From the sequence record NC_079183: DNA of 53,673 nt; one strand, given 5' to 3'. This stretch comes from Escherichia phage vB_EcoM_SA91KD. The notes under the pieces were generated by a model. That model made no database searches, was not told where the DNA came from, and saw only the letters and a program-made list of their open reading frames with translations. The position numbers were made by a program, and so were the translations under genes. Below, one piece after another: positions 34,768-44,805 of this stretch (its first letter is position 1; every line of letters starts with the position of its first letter).

Positions 34768-35208
34768 ATGCAGATTAAGAACAACGAATCACGCAACCTT
34801 CAATTCTTCTTCTATAAGAAGGGAAAGTCAGGCAAAGCTGAACTGGACTTTGTTCACATTCCTGGTGGCGCAACTGTAGAAATCGACGATGAAATCTACA
34901 AATCTCTTACGTCATCTCTGACGGAAGTTGAAGAACTGCGCGAAGAAGTGGTTCCGCTTGATGACGAGAATATCGGTGCTTCTGTTAAGACCGGTAAAGA
35001 AGCTCTTGTCATTAAAGAGTATTACAGCACTGGCAAAACTCGCAAAGTCAACCTGGTTAAAGAGGCAATCAAAGCTGGTTCTCTTACCATTGTTGAACGT
35101 GTGAAAGTTGGTATGCCTGACATTGATGCTATTCTGACTAAGAATGGTATTGATATTAAGGGTATGCCGGAAGACGTTAAACTGGCACTCTACGATAAGT
35201 TGGCGTAA
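34768..35208 (+). CDS. Hypothetical head/neck protein (146 aa)
   Basis: First gene after capsid. Confidence 0.5.
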   Translation: MQIKNNESRNLQFFFYKKGKSGKAELDFVHIPGGATVEIDDEIYKSLTSSLTEVEELREEVVPLDDENIGASVKTGKEALVIKEYYSTGKTRKVNLVKEAIKAGSLTIVERVKVGMPDIDAILTKNGIDIKGMPEDVKLALYDKLA

Positions 35209-35598
35209 ATGATAACACTGACCGATTTGGTTAAACGTTATCCGGCAATGGCTGACATGACCCCAGAGCGTTTTGATATTCTAGTTGAAGATGCAAAACT
35301 CATCATGGGGACAATCGAATCGCGTTGGTGTGGGTTTTATGACCCAGCTATGGCATCACTAATAGCGCATTGGTCTGCAACAATTGATGACCTAATGCCT
35401 GGTGATGCCGCAATGCCAGCTATGCCTGTTAGTCGTACCGATGTGGACGATGTTCAGGTAGAGTTTAGCGACCGAATCATTTCAACAATTCCTTATGTTG
35501 AAGCTGATTTCATGTCTACTGTGTACGGTCAACGTTACTTGCAATGGCGGCGAATGGCATTTGCTGGGCCGAGGGTTAGCCCTGGGTCGCAGTTTTGA
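35209..35598 (+). CDS. Putative head-tail connector / head completion protein (129 aa)
   Basis: Position only. Confidence 0.4.
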   Translation: MITLTDLVKRYPAMADMTPERFDILVEDAKLIMGTIESRWCGFYDPAMASLIAHWSATIDDLMPGDAAMPAMPVSRTDVDDVQVEFSDRIISTIPYVEADFMSTVYGQRYLQWRRMAFAGPRVSPGSQF

Positions 35599-35957
35599 TT
35601 AACCAACGTCGAGCATTTAACCGCTACACAACCACTCGTATGTATCTTGAGGTATATCAAGAAGGTTACTACGATGACAAAAATAATTGGGTTGGTGATT
35701 CATATGCTCCAAAGAAACCCATCCGATGTACTCCCATACCTTATGGTGACAGGGATTCTGGCGTAAGCGGCCAATCGCTTAAAGCTACAGAAGTCGGAGA
35801 GCGCCAACCTGCATTCATGCAAGTACATTCCCGAACTGAAATGCCGATGAAGTCTATCCTAACTATCTACGGCCTTCGTTATAAAGTTATTTCTGTTTCT
35901 GACTATAAGGCAGCTGGATTCTTTGAAGTCATTGCTGCAAAGGAGCTAGAGAAATGA
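35595..35957 (+). CDS. Putative neck / tail completion protein (120 aa)
   Basis: Position only; overlapping junctions. Confidence 0.4.
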   Translation: MINQRRAFNRYTTTRMYLEVYQEGYYDDKNNWVGDSYAPKKPIRCTPIPYGDRDSGVSGQSLKATEVGERQPAFMQVHSRTEMPMKSILTIYGLRYKVISVSDYKAAGFFEVIAAKELEK

Positions 35958-36466
35958 TTTATGATGAAGATATTCAGGCGATGAAGGATATTGTGGACGT
36001 CTGTGTTGGCGTCCCACGCTTTTCTTATGAGATGCAGATAAACGCACCCCGACCATCTGATAACTATGCCGCAATAAAATGTGTGTCGTCAGTTAATCCA
36101 GGCTTTGATGAAACTCGAATCGAAGTACGCGATGGTGAGGAGGTATTTGTTACGAGAGGGATTCGAATCTTAACCTTCTATATTCTCTTCTCACGTCGTG
36201 GGAGTGAATATGTTAAGTTTGATAATTCCTTCTTCCGTCCAGATGTTCAGGCCATGCTTAAGAGCAAGGGCTTTGCAACACTTGACAAAAATCCACTGAA
36301 TCTTGCCTCGTTAACTCTTGAGACGAATTGGGAATTCCGAGAAGGAATCCAAATCAAATTCAATGTTTTGCGTGAAGACGTGATGAGCATTGGTACAATG
36401 TCTGACGCCAGTGTTGGCGGCAAATTCTACGACGGTGGTGAACCCATCCTAATTAAGGGAATCTAA
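35954..36466 (+). CDS. Putative tail completion / sheath-terminator protein (170 aa)
   Basis: Position immediately upstream of the sheath gene. Confidence 0.4.
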   Translation: MIYDEDIQAMKDIVDVCVGVPRFSYEMQINAPRPSDNYAAIKCVSSVNPGFDETRIEVRDGEEVFVTRGIRILTFYILFSRRGSEYVKFDNSFFRPDVQAMLKSKGFATLDKNPLNLASLTLETNWEFREGIQIKFNVLREDVMSIGTMSDASVGGKFYDGGEPILIKGI

Positions 36467-37915
36467 ATGGCAATTCCAATTTCCGACATCATCCAGGTCA
36501 ACATTGCGGTAAGTCCTAACGCTGTTGCCGTGGAAGGTTTTGGTCCTCTTCTGTTTCTGAGTAAAGAGTTTACTCCGACTTTGGGCGAAGCTGTTCCTGT
36601 TCGCCAGTACACCAGCATGGCTGCTGTATCTACTGATTTCCCATCTGGTGAAATCTATCAAGCTGCATTAGCGTGGTTCTCTCAGAAGCCAACTCCAAAG
36701 TATTTCCTCGTAGGTGCTATCACCCATGAAGATGTTACTCTGGCAACTCCTGGTACTGTAACCGCATCTTCTGCTGCGACCCTGGAAACCATTACTGCGT
36801 TAACTAATGGTGTTCTGTCCATTAATATTAATGGCGTTGATAAGTCCACTGCACCTATCAACTTCTCGTCTGCAAAAGACTTTAATGCTGCTGCATCAAT
36901 GCTTAATGCTGCATTTGTTACTGCTGGCATTCCTGCAACTGCTTCGCAGACCACAGGCACTTTCAAAATCACTACCAACGAAACTGGTTCCACTGCTATC
37001 ATTGGTAACGTGTATGGTTCTGCTGCTGAGGCATTTGAATTAGATTCTGCTTCAAGCCCTGTACATGTTCAAGGTACTGATGAAGTGTCTATTGGCACCG
37101 ACCTCAATGCAATCTTGAACTCTGCGTTCGACTTCTTCTTTGTTGCTATTGACCGCAAATATCGTGGCAGCGCTGATGGTAATAACCAGATGACTGTTGC
37201 CAAGTGGGCAGAAGCAAACGGCAAAGTGTTTGGTTGGGCTGATAGCGACCCGCAGATTCTGGTTCCTGGTGCTGAGTCTAGCTTTAAGCGTGCCAAAGAG
37301 CAGAACCTCCAACGTACTCTGTTGGTGTATGATGCGTCTGACAATGGTGACGAGTATCCAGAAGTTTCTATCCTGGGCCGTGCATCGACTGTTAACTTCA
37401 ACGTTGCAAACTCTTCGCTCGTTCTGGCATTTAAACAAGGTCCAGCTATCAAGACTGCTGACTTGTCCCCGAACCAGCTTGCTGCACTTGAGCGTGTGAA
37501 TGGTAACGCATTCATCAACGTCGGCGGTAACACTATGTTCTACAACGGCAAGATGGCTGACGGTACTTGGTTCGATACCGTGCAGGGTGTTTCTTGGTTA
37601 ACCTCCAAGATTCGTGCTAACGTGTTCAACCTGTTCTACACCTCCACTACCAAGATTCCTTGGACGGACACTGGTGTTGCTCTGGTGAACCAGCAAGTAA
37701 CCCTGGCTCTGGAACTGGCAGTGACCAATGGTCTGATTGCTCCAGGTTACGACAATGAAGGCAACTTCTATCCAGATGGCTACAAAGTCTTGGCTACCGA
37801 CTTGGCTCTGATGCAATCTCAGAAAGGTGCTCGTATCTGGGAAGGCACTTCCTTCATTGCAATTGGCTCTGGCGCATTGCAGGGTGCAGTTATCTCTGGC
37901 AACTTCGTTCAGTAA
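36467..37915 (+). CDS. Tail sheath protein (482 aa)
   Basis: About 480-aa protein followed by a 151-aa tube-sized protein, chaperone and tape measure (Mu gpL/gpM order). Confidence 0.6.
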   Translation: MAIPISDIIQVNIAVSPNAVAVEGFGPLLFLSKEFTPTLGEAVPVRQYTSMAAVSTDFPSGEIYQAALAWFSQKPTPKYFLVGAITHEDVTLATPGTVTASSAATLETITALTNGVLSININGVDKSTAPINFSSAKDFNAAASMLNAAFVTAGIPATASQTTGTFKITTNETGSTAIIGNVYGSAAEAFELDSASSPVHVQGTDEVSIGTDLNAILNSAFDFFFVAIDRKYRGSADGNNQMTVAKWAEANGKVFGWADSDPQILVPGAESSFKRAKEQNLQRTLLVYDASDNGDEYPEVSILGRASTVNFNVANSSLVLAFKQGPAIKTADLSPNQLAALERVNGNAFINVGGNTMFYNGKMADGTWFDTVQGVSWLTSKIRANVFNLFYTSTTKIPWTDTGVALVNQQVTLALELAVTNGLIAPGYDNEGNFYPDGYKVLATDLALMQSQKGARIWEGTSFIAIGSGALQGAVISGNFVQ

Positions 37916-37925
37916 GGTGCGATAA

Positions 37926-38381
37926 GTGAAACAATATTCTTTCTATAATACCGACCTCATTATCGACGGTGCTCGTGTAGATGGTTTTACCTCTGGTAAT
38001 TCCATCATCACTGCTCGTCGTAACGCACCTCAACACCTGCCTGTTATTGACGCGTATGGTAAGTTGGCTGTAGCTACTACGGCTGACTTATCTGGTACTA
38101 TTACTTTCCCGCTTCTGCAAACCGCAGACTGGAACGAAATCCTGTACAGCCGTGCTCAGTTAACTCAGGCAACTGGCCTGTCTGGCAACAAATCTCTGTG
38201 GCAACCACTCCAGATTCAGATTGTTGACAAGATGGGTGATGTGCTGGTCAATGGTGTAAACGGCGCTATCTTGCAGCAACCTGCAATTCAGCGTGGTGTG
38301 TCCTTCACGTCTAACGTGTGGTCTATCTTTGTAGAGCGCCTCCAGATTAAGACTGGCTCTTATCCGGAAATTGGCGTTTAA
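37926..38381 (+). CDS. Tail tube protein (151 aa)
   Basis: Position and size; GTG start. Confidence 0.5.
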   Translation: MKQYSFYNTDLIIDGARVDGFTSGNSIITARRNAPQHLPVIDAYGKLAVATTADLSGTITFPLLQTADWNEILYSRAQLTQATGLSGNKSLWQPLQIQIVDKMGDVLVNGVNGAILQQPAIQRGVSFTSNVWSIFVERLQIKTGSYPEIGV

Positions 38382-38392
38382 TTGGAGTAAGT

Positions 38393-38851
38393 ATGGCTTG
38401 TGAATTGCTTCAACGTGAATTCACAAACTCCAAAGGAGAAACAGTGTTAGTCGTTGTTCGACAATTGTCGGCTTCGGCTGCACTGTCTCTTCACGCGGAG
38501 TTGGTAAGCAAGTTAGGCTCACGAGTATTTCCATTCATCGAAGGTAAATATAACTTCGCTGATATTATATACTTGATGCAGCAAGTAGAGCATACCGTAT
38601 TCACAGAATTGTTTAAGCGTGTTATCAGCATGCACTCGTCCATAGATGGACAAGAAATCAAACCTGCATTATATGATATGCAGTTCAATGGCGAATTGAT
38701 GTTGTCTTGCCATGTCTTTGCTTTCGTGCTCGAAGCAAACTTCCTTGATTTTTTCAAGCAAGGGCTCGAAATCAACGAACAGAGACGATTGGAGGCGGAG
38801 GAAGCATCCAAGCTGGCAGAGCAGAAGAATTCGAGTCCGGAGACAGTTTAG
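38393..38851 (+). CDS. Tail assembly chaperone (152 aa)
   Basis: Position between tube and tape measure; acidic C-terminus. Confidence 0.45.
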   Translation: MACELLQREFTNSKGETVLVVVRQLSASAALSLHAELVSKLGSRVFPFIEGKYNFADIIYLMQQVEHTVFTELFKRVISMHSSIDGQEIKPALYDMQFNGELMLSCHVFAFVLEANFLDFFKQGLEINEQRRLEAEEASKLAEQKNSSPETV

Positions 38852-39010
38852 TATCCCTGTTCCCCGACATAAAATATTTTCTGCATCGTCCTATAATCGA
38901 AGACAGTTCTCTCTGCAAGTTACGTGAATTGCAAGATGGAACCTATTCGATTATGGACTTATTGCTATTCCACGACATTCTCGATTTGCGTAAGAAACTC
39001 GAACCAGTAG

Positions 39011-42000
39011 ATGAAGACAATGGCTAATCAAAAAGATTTAATGAAGTTGAGCGTTAATGAGTTAATTGCATTAGGCTCTCAAAGCGGTCTGACTTTCCAT
39101 GCTGGTATGAAGAAGTCGCACATGGTTCAACAACTTAGTGCGAGCGCTGCTTCGGGATGGCTGGATACAAATGCAGAATTAATGGGTGGGTCGTTCGAAG
39201 ATGACAGTTTAATTACTGAATCTTTGGGTGACTCTTCCATGATTTCAGACGCTGCCCACATTGCACAAGTGCTTTCAAGTGCTGGCTACACAGAAGCATT
39301 TCATGCAGCAATGAATGGCCCATCACACCATGTAGAAGCTGTTCACGCATACATGGAAAGGCTTGGCGTTAGCACAGATGATGTGTGGATGCACATGCCA
39401 AAGCCAAATCCGAACTTACCGCAAGGTAGCTTCAACATGCTTAATGCCTATATGCGAGATACTTTGCAAGGGCATCAAGATATTATGCCAGAAATCCCAG
39501 GTCACTATTCTGGTGATATTATGGCAGAATACTCCACCAACCGTGGAAACATTGCTGACTCCTACAACTACATGGCTCACATGTATGTTGACCGTGAGCA
39601 ATACAGCAATCATGAACAATACGCAAGAGACATTAGTCGAGTTGCCAAACGTCTGGAACGAGAGTTACCCTCAGCCTTTAAGGAAGTTGGGTATACATCC
39701 GCATCTAATGTAGGAAATAAATCGGCCCCACATATTTCTTACATGGATGCACTACCTCAAATTGGTTCTCCTTCAATTGTTTCTGGCATTGCACATCCTC
39801 GTGCACCACTTAACGCATCTGGACTTCCTCTTGGTTCTTATGGTTCTGGCATAAATCCAGAATACTCCCTCACCGCATCACTAACTGGTGGCACAGGTTG
39901 GAGCGAGCCAAGCAAGGCTTTGTATTCTTCTATTAGTGAAGCTGTTAAATCTGCTGCCAAAGTTTATTCTGGCTCCAAAGGGATGCTGAATACTCGTCAT
40001 GAAGTATCTGACCGTGACATGATTATGGACAGCGCAACTCGCTATACAGATTTGGAAGAAGCCAGAAGCGGATACGAAAACCTCCGTTCTGAACTTGCAG
40101 ATGAGCCAGCTTATTCTGCATCAAGTGTTCGAGCTATCCTCGAAAACACTTATGATAAAATGGATGCCGAACCTGTTCGCATTCCAAAGATGAAGGGAGC
40201 TTCACAGCGAGTCGATAAAGATTCACTGTCAACATCTACAGATTTTACAGCACAACTTGGAGAGGCCACCAATTGGAACTCTGCAAGAATGCGTCGTGAG
40301 GAACTTGCGATTGCAAACATGGATAGTGCTGGATTCCGTGATGTATCAGACTATGGTACAGGACGTTCCGAGTCCCCCGTCCGATTCCATGACTTAGAAC
40401 AGGGTAGCCAAGAGTGGCTAGACTTCCGTAAAAATTATGACATAACTGGCTCAACTGTTGGAACCTTCTTAGGAAACAACCCATACACCCGACCTTGGGC
40501 TGGGATGATTGATAAGATTGGCCTATCTCGTAGTAAAGAGCACAGCGATTTCACCAAGAAGATGTTCGCTGATGGTCACAGGACGGAAGAAGAAGCACGC
40601 GCCCGTGTTAGCAAGGAATTTGGATTTGATATCAAACAAACTGGCGCTATAACAAATGACAACTATCCCGCCTTCATGTATTCTCCTGATGGTCTTATTG
40701 GGGATGATGCCATTTGGGAGCACAAGAATCCGCAAAGGGCTGGTAAGTTTGCTGACCTTCTTAAAGGCGACCATCCAGACTACATGGACCAAATTCAATT
40801 TGGTATGCACGTTTCTGGCCGTTCTCGTGCTTTGTTCTCACAAACCATCAACGACGAAACACGTTCACAGTGGATTGAGAAGGACGAAGGATGGTACGAA
40901 AGAAACCGAAATCGCCTTGATTCTGTGCTTGGCCGTCTTGATGCTGGGCGAGAGTTTGTTAGAAACAATGCTGGATTAGAACGAGAAGAGCTGATTGCTG
41001 GTGCAAGAAGTGCAATGACTGGTGATGGAATCTGGAAAGATATTCGTCAAAGGTCTACTCGTGGCTATTCTGCTGCTGCTGGCACTCCAGAAGACCCGTT
41101 TATTGGTTCACGTTCTTCGTACAATCCAGGGGCATCTTACTCTGACTACAAGCCAAACTTTGTAATGCACGAGCAAAACTTTCCGGCAACCACTGGAAAT
41201 GGTGACACCGGAAATGACTCGATGGCATTGTCTGTTAAGAAAGGTATTCTTGCTGCCCAGGAAGAAAACAGGCAGAAAGGTATCGGTGCAGATGCAGACT
41301 TTGATGGCAAAGCCGACTCAATGGGTTGGAACCGTGAAAGATTTGATGCTGCCAATGGCGGTGGATATTCTGGCGGTGGCGGTGGTCGTGGCGGCAACTT
41401 CACAAGTGGTGGCAACTACTATGATGACTACGGTCGCATGGGTGGTTCGTTAGCTGCTGGCATTGCTGGTGGCAGTATTGGTTCAGCAACCAACGGAGTT
41501 ATGCAAGCATTGATGGCAACTCCTGCGGGACGTATGGCTGCTGTAGGCATTGGTGCTATTCAGATTGGCAATGAAGCTGCTGAATACATGAATGACTTTA
41601 TCGGCAACTCGCTTGATGCTGGTGTGATAAATCCTAATGAATACTCTTCTATGTCGCAAGGCTTGGAGATGTTAGGACTCAACTCACAACAAGCGGCACG
41701 TCTGAATCAAACCACACATAGTGCCTATAACACCATGCTTAACGGCGACCCTAGCGCCGCTGTGAACATCGTTCGCGGCAGTAGGGGATTGCTCACCATA
41801 GGTGATATTCGTGCGACAGGCGGCGACCCTGTGGCCCTGGCTCGCATCATGCAGGAAAGGGGCAAGGAACGTGGCTGGAGCCAGGCCCGTATCGCAGGTG
41901 CTGCCGAAATGGCTGGCCTGAATGGGATGGCGCGAGCCTACGACCGCACGGAATACAGCCATGAGCAAGCTGGCTCGGTGGTAGAAGCAGGTAGAAACTC

Positions 42001-42736
42001 CGACTTTGCCGAAGGTATGGCCCAATCGGAAATGTTGCAGGGAAGCCGCGCACGGGTGCTGCCAAGCTACAACGTGCCACAAAGTGTCTTATCTAATGGT
42101 GCTTCTGTATTTGAGGCTGGCAGTGATGCACTTGATGGTGTACGCACTGGATTCAACAGGACACGAGAGTTTGCTGGAAGTGTTTACGACTTTATTGCTC
42201 AGGAAGAATCTGGTGGTCGTGAATACAACAAAGATGGTTCTCGTGTAACAAGTCGCACTGGTGCTCGTGGAGTAATGCAGATTCTCCCTTCGACTGCCCG
42301 TGACCCAGGATTTGGAATCAGGCCGTCTGATGGAACTCCAGAAGATGATGCACGAGTTGGTCGTGAATACTATGACGCAATGTACAAGCGTTATGGCGAC
42401 CACGAAAAGGCAATGGCTGCTTACACAGATGGTCCTGGCACTGTTGACAAAGCTGTTGATAAGAATGGATTGGATTGGCTGACTGCTGTTCCTGTACAAG
42501 CACAGAATCGCGTCAAAGCATTCCGTGAATGGTCCAAGTCTTCTCAATCTTTGGAAGAAGGTGCTACAGGGTTTACTCGTAATGGAATGTCATACGGCCA
42601 AACCCAAACTGTTGTTAATGTTAAGATTGATGCTAAGGTCAACAACCAGACTGCTTCTGCTACAGTTGCAATTCCTGGTGGTCAGACTGTGACTCAACAA
42701 ATGAACATGAATAACGGTGCGCAACAAAGAAGGTAA
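39011..42736 (+). CDS. Tape-measure-position multidomain virion protein with embedded YqaJ-like nuclease domain and C-terminal lytic transglycosylase domain (1241 aa)
   Basis: Central YqaJ motifs: W..FRKNYDITGSTVGTFLGNNPYTRPW, FMYSPDGLIGDDAIWEHK (D...E.K), YMDQIQFGMHVSG. Gly-rich segment GGGYSGGGGGRGGNF. C-terminal SLT-like EESGGREYN...GARGVMQILPSTA. Confidence 0.7.
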   Translation: MKTMANQKDLMKLSVNELIALGSQSGLTFHAGMKKSHMVQQLSASAASGWLDTNAELMGGSFEDDSLITESLGDSSMISDAAHIAQVLSSAGYTEAFHAAMNGPSHHVEAVHAYMERLGVSTDDVWMHMPKPNPNLPQGSFNMLNAYMRDTLQGHQDIMPEIPGHYSGDIMAEYSTNRGNIADSYNYMAHMYVDREQYSNHEQYARDISRVAKRLERELPSAFKEVGYTSASNVGNKSAPHISYMDALPQIGSPSIVSGIAHPRAPLNASGLPLGSYGSGINPEYSLTASLTGGTGWSEPSKALYSSISEAVKSAAKVYSGSKGMLNTRHEVSDRDMIMDSATRYTDLEEARSGYENLRSELADEPAYSASSVRAILENTYDKMDAEPVRIPKMKGASQRVDKDSLSTSTDFTAQLGEATNWNSARMRREELAIANMDSAGFRDVSDYGTGRSESPVRFHDLEQGSQEWLDFRKNYDITGSTVGTFLGNNPYTRPWAGMIDKIGLSRSKEHSDFTKKMFADGHRTEEEARARVSKEFGFDIKQTGAITNDNYPAFMYSPDGLIGDDAIWEHKNPQRAGKFADLLKGDHPDYMDQIQFGMHVSGRSRALFSQTINDETRSQWIEKDEGWYERNRNRLDSVLGRLDAGREFVRNNAGLEREELIAGARSAMTGDGIWKDIRQRSTRGYSAAAGTPEDPFIGSRSSYNPGASYSDYKPNFVMHEQNFPATTGNGDTGNDSMALSVKKGILAAQEENRQKGIGADADFDGKADSMGWNRERFDAANGGGYSGGGGGRGGNFTSGGNYYDDYGRMGGSLAAGIAGGSIGSATNGVMQALMATPAGRMAAVGIGAIQIGNEAAEYMNDFIGNSLDAGVINPNEYSSMSQGLEMLGLNSQQAARLNQTTHSAYNTMLNGDPSAAVNIVRGSRGLLTIGDIRATGGDPVALARIMQERGKERGWSQARIAGAAEMAGLNGMARAYDRTEYSHEQAGSVVEAGRNSDFAEGMAQSEMLQGSRARVLPSYNVPQSVLSNGASVFEAGSDALDGVRTGFNRTREFAGSVYDFIAQEESGGREYNKDGSRVTSRTGARGVMQILPSTARDPGFGIRPSDGTPEDDARVGREYYDAMYKRYGDHEKAMAAYTDGPGTVDKAVDKNGLDWLTAVPVQAQNRVKAFREWSKSSQSLEEGATGFTRNGMSYGQTQTVVNVKIDAKVNNQTASATVAIPGGQTVTQQMNMNNGAQQRR

Positions 42737-42741
42737 GGAGT

Positions 42742-42757
42742 TGGGGAGAAATCCCCA
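42742..42757 (+). terminator. Hairpin tgggga-gaaa-tcccca followed by ctttccttt
   Basis: 6-bp stem, GAAA tetraloop, T-rich tail just after the tape-measure stop. Confidence 0.55.
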
Positions 42758-42768
42758 GCTTTCCTTTA

Positions 42769-42784
42769 CATTAGTTGAATATGT
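42769..42784 (+). promoter_or_regulatory. Promoter-like box variant (ttACATTAGTTGaATaTGta)
   Basis: Only copy noticed in the late region; about 25 nt upstream of the baseplate gene block. Confidence 0.4.
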
Positions 42785-42808
42785 ATTAATTTCAATAGGT
42801 ATATCGCA

Positions 42809-43918
42809 ATGCCGTGGCTACGCAGAGTTGAAGTAATAGTTTCACGTAAAGAAGACCCAAGCATTCGAACAGTATTTAAATCACATCGTATTGATTTTGA
42901 AGTCCGTTCTACTGTTGGGTGGCCCGCCGATACAGCAAACATAACTCTGTTTAACTTGTCATTAGAAGAAGTTAAGTTCCTCCAGGACAAGACCTACGGA
43001 GATATGTATATTGAAATTCGTGCAGGGTATGCAGAAGATGAACGCTCCGATTCTGGTGGCGGGACTTCTAGTGGCGGTGTTAAGAAGTTTGGTCAGAAGG
43101 CCGAACAGAGTGACCGCGTAACAGTGTCTACATCACTGCCAACCATCTTCTCCGGAATTATTACAAACGCAGTTGGCTATAGAAAGCCTCCTGAACATGT
43201 AACACAATTGTTTTGTATTTCCAAGGCGTATGGTGCATCCACTGATTTCAAACAGTTGACTGCAATCAAGCCTGGAACCAAGCTCATTGATGCAATGCGC
43301 TCAATGTGTTCTGACTATGGATTCAATACCATCTCCACATTTGGTGTTGAAGATTCAGTCCTTGAAACAGTGATGCCTCGTGGGCGTGTGTTTCATGACA
43401 CATTCTTAAACGAATTTCGTAACATGCTTGGCGAGTATAACTTGCTATACACTGTTACAACTGGTGAAGTTCAAATCTTCCCAGACACCTTTGGTGATAA
43501 AGATGCAGTAAACAGAATGTCTAAAGACAGAGAGCCAGTTAAGCTGGATGCCAACTCAGTCATTGGAAACCCTGTTGCTGGAATCTGCACCTACACTTTA
43601 AACACATTCCTAAACCCATCTTTCCAACCAGGGATGATTCTTGATGTATCTCCTTTGCTTGGAGATGAACTACTTGCCAATGGTGTGACCTCTGTTTCAG
43701 GGGAAGGTATTGTACTTAATACAGACCAGTCCGTATTCCGGTGGGCTGTTGAAGACAAATACTTTATCATGGAAGTTGTGCATAAAGGTTCGACTCACAC
43801 AACCACTTATCAAACATCAATCACTGCAATCCTGGGTGGCAATACAATGATGGGTGGTAAGGAAGCTGCGTGGCAGGAAATGTATGCTAACAGTGGAATG
43901 GCAATGGAGTCATTTTAA
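42809..43918 (+). CDS. Tail protein, Mu gp43-like (DNA circularisation protein) position (369 aa)
   Basis: Synteny with Mu/P2-type tail modules. Confidence 0.5.
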   Translation: MPWLRRVEVIVSRKEDPSIRTVFKSHRIDFEVRSTVGWPADTANITLFNLSLEEVKFLQDKTYGDMYIEIRAGYAEDERSDSGGGTSSGGVKKFGQKAEQSDRVTVSTSLPTIFSGIITNAVGYRKPPEHVTQLFCISKAYGASTDFKQLTAIKPGTKLIDAMRSMCSDYGFNTISTFGVEDSVLETVMPRGRVFHDTFLNEFRNMLGEYNLLYTVTTGEVQIFPDTFGDKDAVNRMSKDREPVKLDANSVIGNPVAGICTYTLNTFLNPSFQPGMILDVSPLLGDELLANGVTSVSGEGIVLNTDQSVFRWAVEDKYFIMEVVHKGSTHTTTYQTSITAILGGNTMMGGKEAAWQEMYANSGMAMESF

Positions 43919-44805
43919 TGTCTATCTTTGATACCGACCTCATTGGTGGTGTGTCCTCTGGCTTGAAGAATTTCAGTTACGGGCATCATCCATCTATTGT
44001 TATGTGGTCCAATGGGCCTGCAACACAGAAGGAAGAGGAGTCAGGACTATTTGGTGGGTTTGCTAAATCTCTTGAGAGCTTGCCTGTTGTTGGTGAGTCT
44101 GCCACCGAAAGTTTTAACTCCTTCAAATTCGATGCTATGGTTAGTGAAGAACACGCATCGGAAACAACTGTAACCAAGTTCCCTGTTAGTTCTGGGTTCC
44201 TGGTTAGCGACCATGTTATTAACCAGAACAGGGTGCTTAAGTTAACCGCTGTTGCTGTCAACATGCAGAACTCCTCCATGTGGACTGCATCTGTACAAGG
44301 TTTGTCTGTTGCTTCTGGTGCAATCTTCAATAGTCCGGTTATCCCAATTCTTGGTGGAATTGCTGGTGGCGTTGCTTCCGCATTTGAGACAAGCAACCGA
44401 ATCCAGTCTACTTATGATTTGTTTAACAGCTTCCGTGTTACGGGGCAGAAGTTATACATCTCCACCATTCTGGGACCCTATTTGAATTGTGTAGTAACCT
44501 CAATCAAAACCAAACATGATAAGATGACTTCTGCAATGTTGTCGGTTGAAATCTTGTTTGAAGAGTTGCAAACAGTAGGAGAAGACGTTCTTGCCAGCGA
44601 GGCTCGTAAGGCAATGGAATCAATGTCTGATTACTCCGAATTTGCAAAGGTTGCTCAGAGTTTGGGGATGGGTGTTCTTGGAGGTGTTCCACTTCCGGGA
44701 CTTGGTGCTCTTGGCACTCCTCCAACCAAACAGTTATCCAACTTGAAAGGTAAGTTGAGCAAACTCGCTTCTCCACTTTCTTCTATCAAGGGGCGTATTC
44801 TATGA
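43918..44805 (+). CDS. Baseplate hub / tail protein, Mu gp44-like position (295 aa)
   Basis: Synteny; Gly-rich C-terminal region. Confidence 0.45.
   Translation: MSIFDTDLIGGVSSGLKNFSYGHHPSIVMWSNGPATQKEEESGLFGGFAKSLESLPVVGESATESFNSFKFDAMVSEEHASETTVTKFPVSSGFLVSDHVINQNRVLKLTAVAVNMQNSSMWTASVQGLSVASGAIFNSPVIPILGGIAGGVASAFETSNRIQSTYDLFNSFRVTGQKLYISTILGPYLNCVVTSIKTKHDKMTSAMLSVEILFEELQTVGEDVLASEARKAMESMSDYSEFAKVAQSLGMGVLGGVPLPGLGALGTPPTKQLSNLKGKLSKLASPLSSIKGRIL

Noticed and set aside
33705-34796. 363-aa reverse-strand ORF antisense to the capsid gene
   Set aside because: Lies entirely within the + strand major capsid gene, which has coherent operon context and codon usage; the translation is low-complexity. 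Long antisense ORFs are a common artefact of codon-biased genes.
38712-38927. Possible frameshifted extension of the tail assembly chaperone (G/GT-type)
   Set aside because: The overlapping ORF translates to Arg/Ser-rich low-complexity sequence and I found no slippery heptamer at the junction; a chaperone frameshift may exist but is not supported here.
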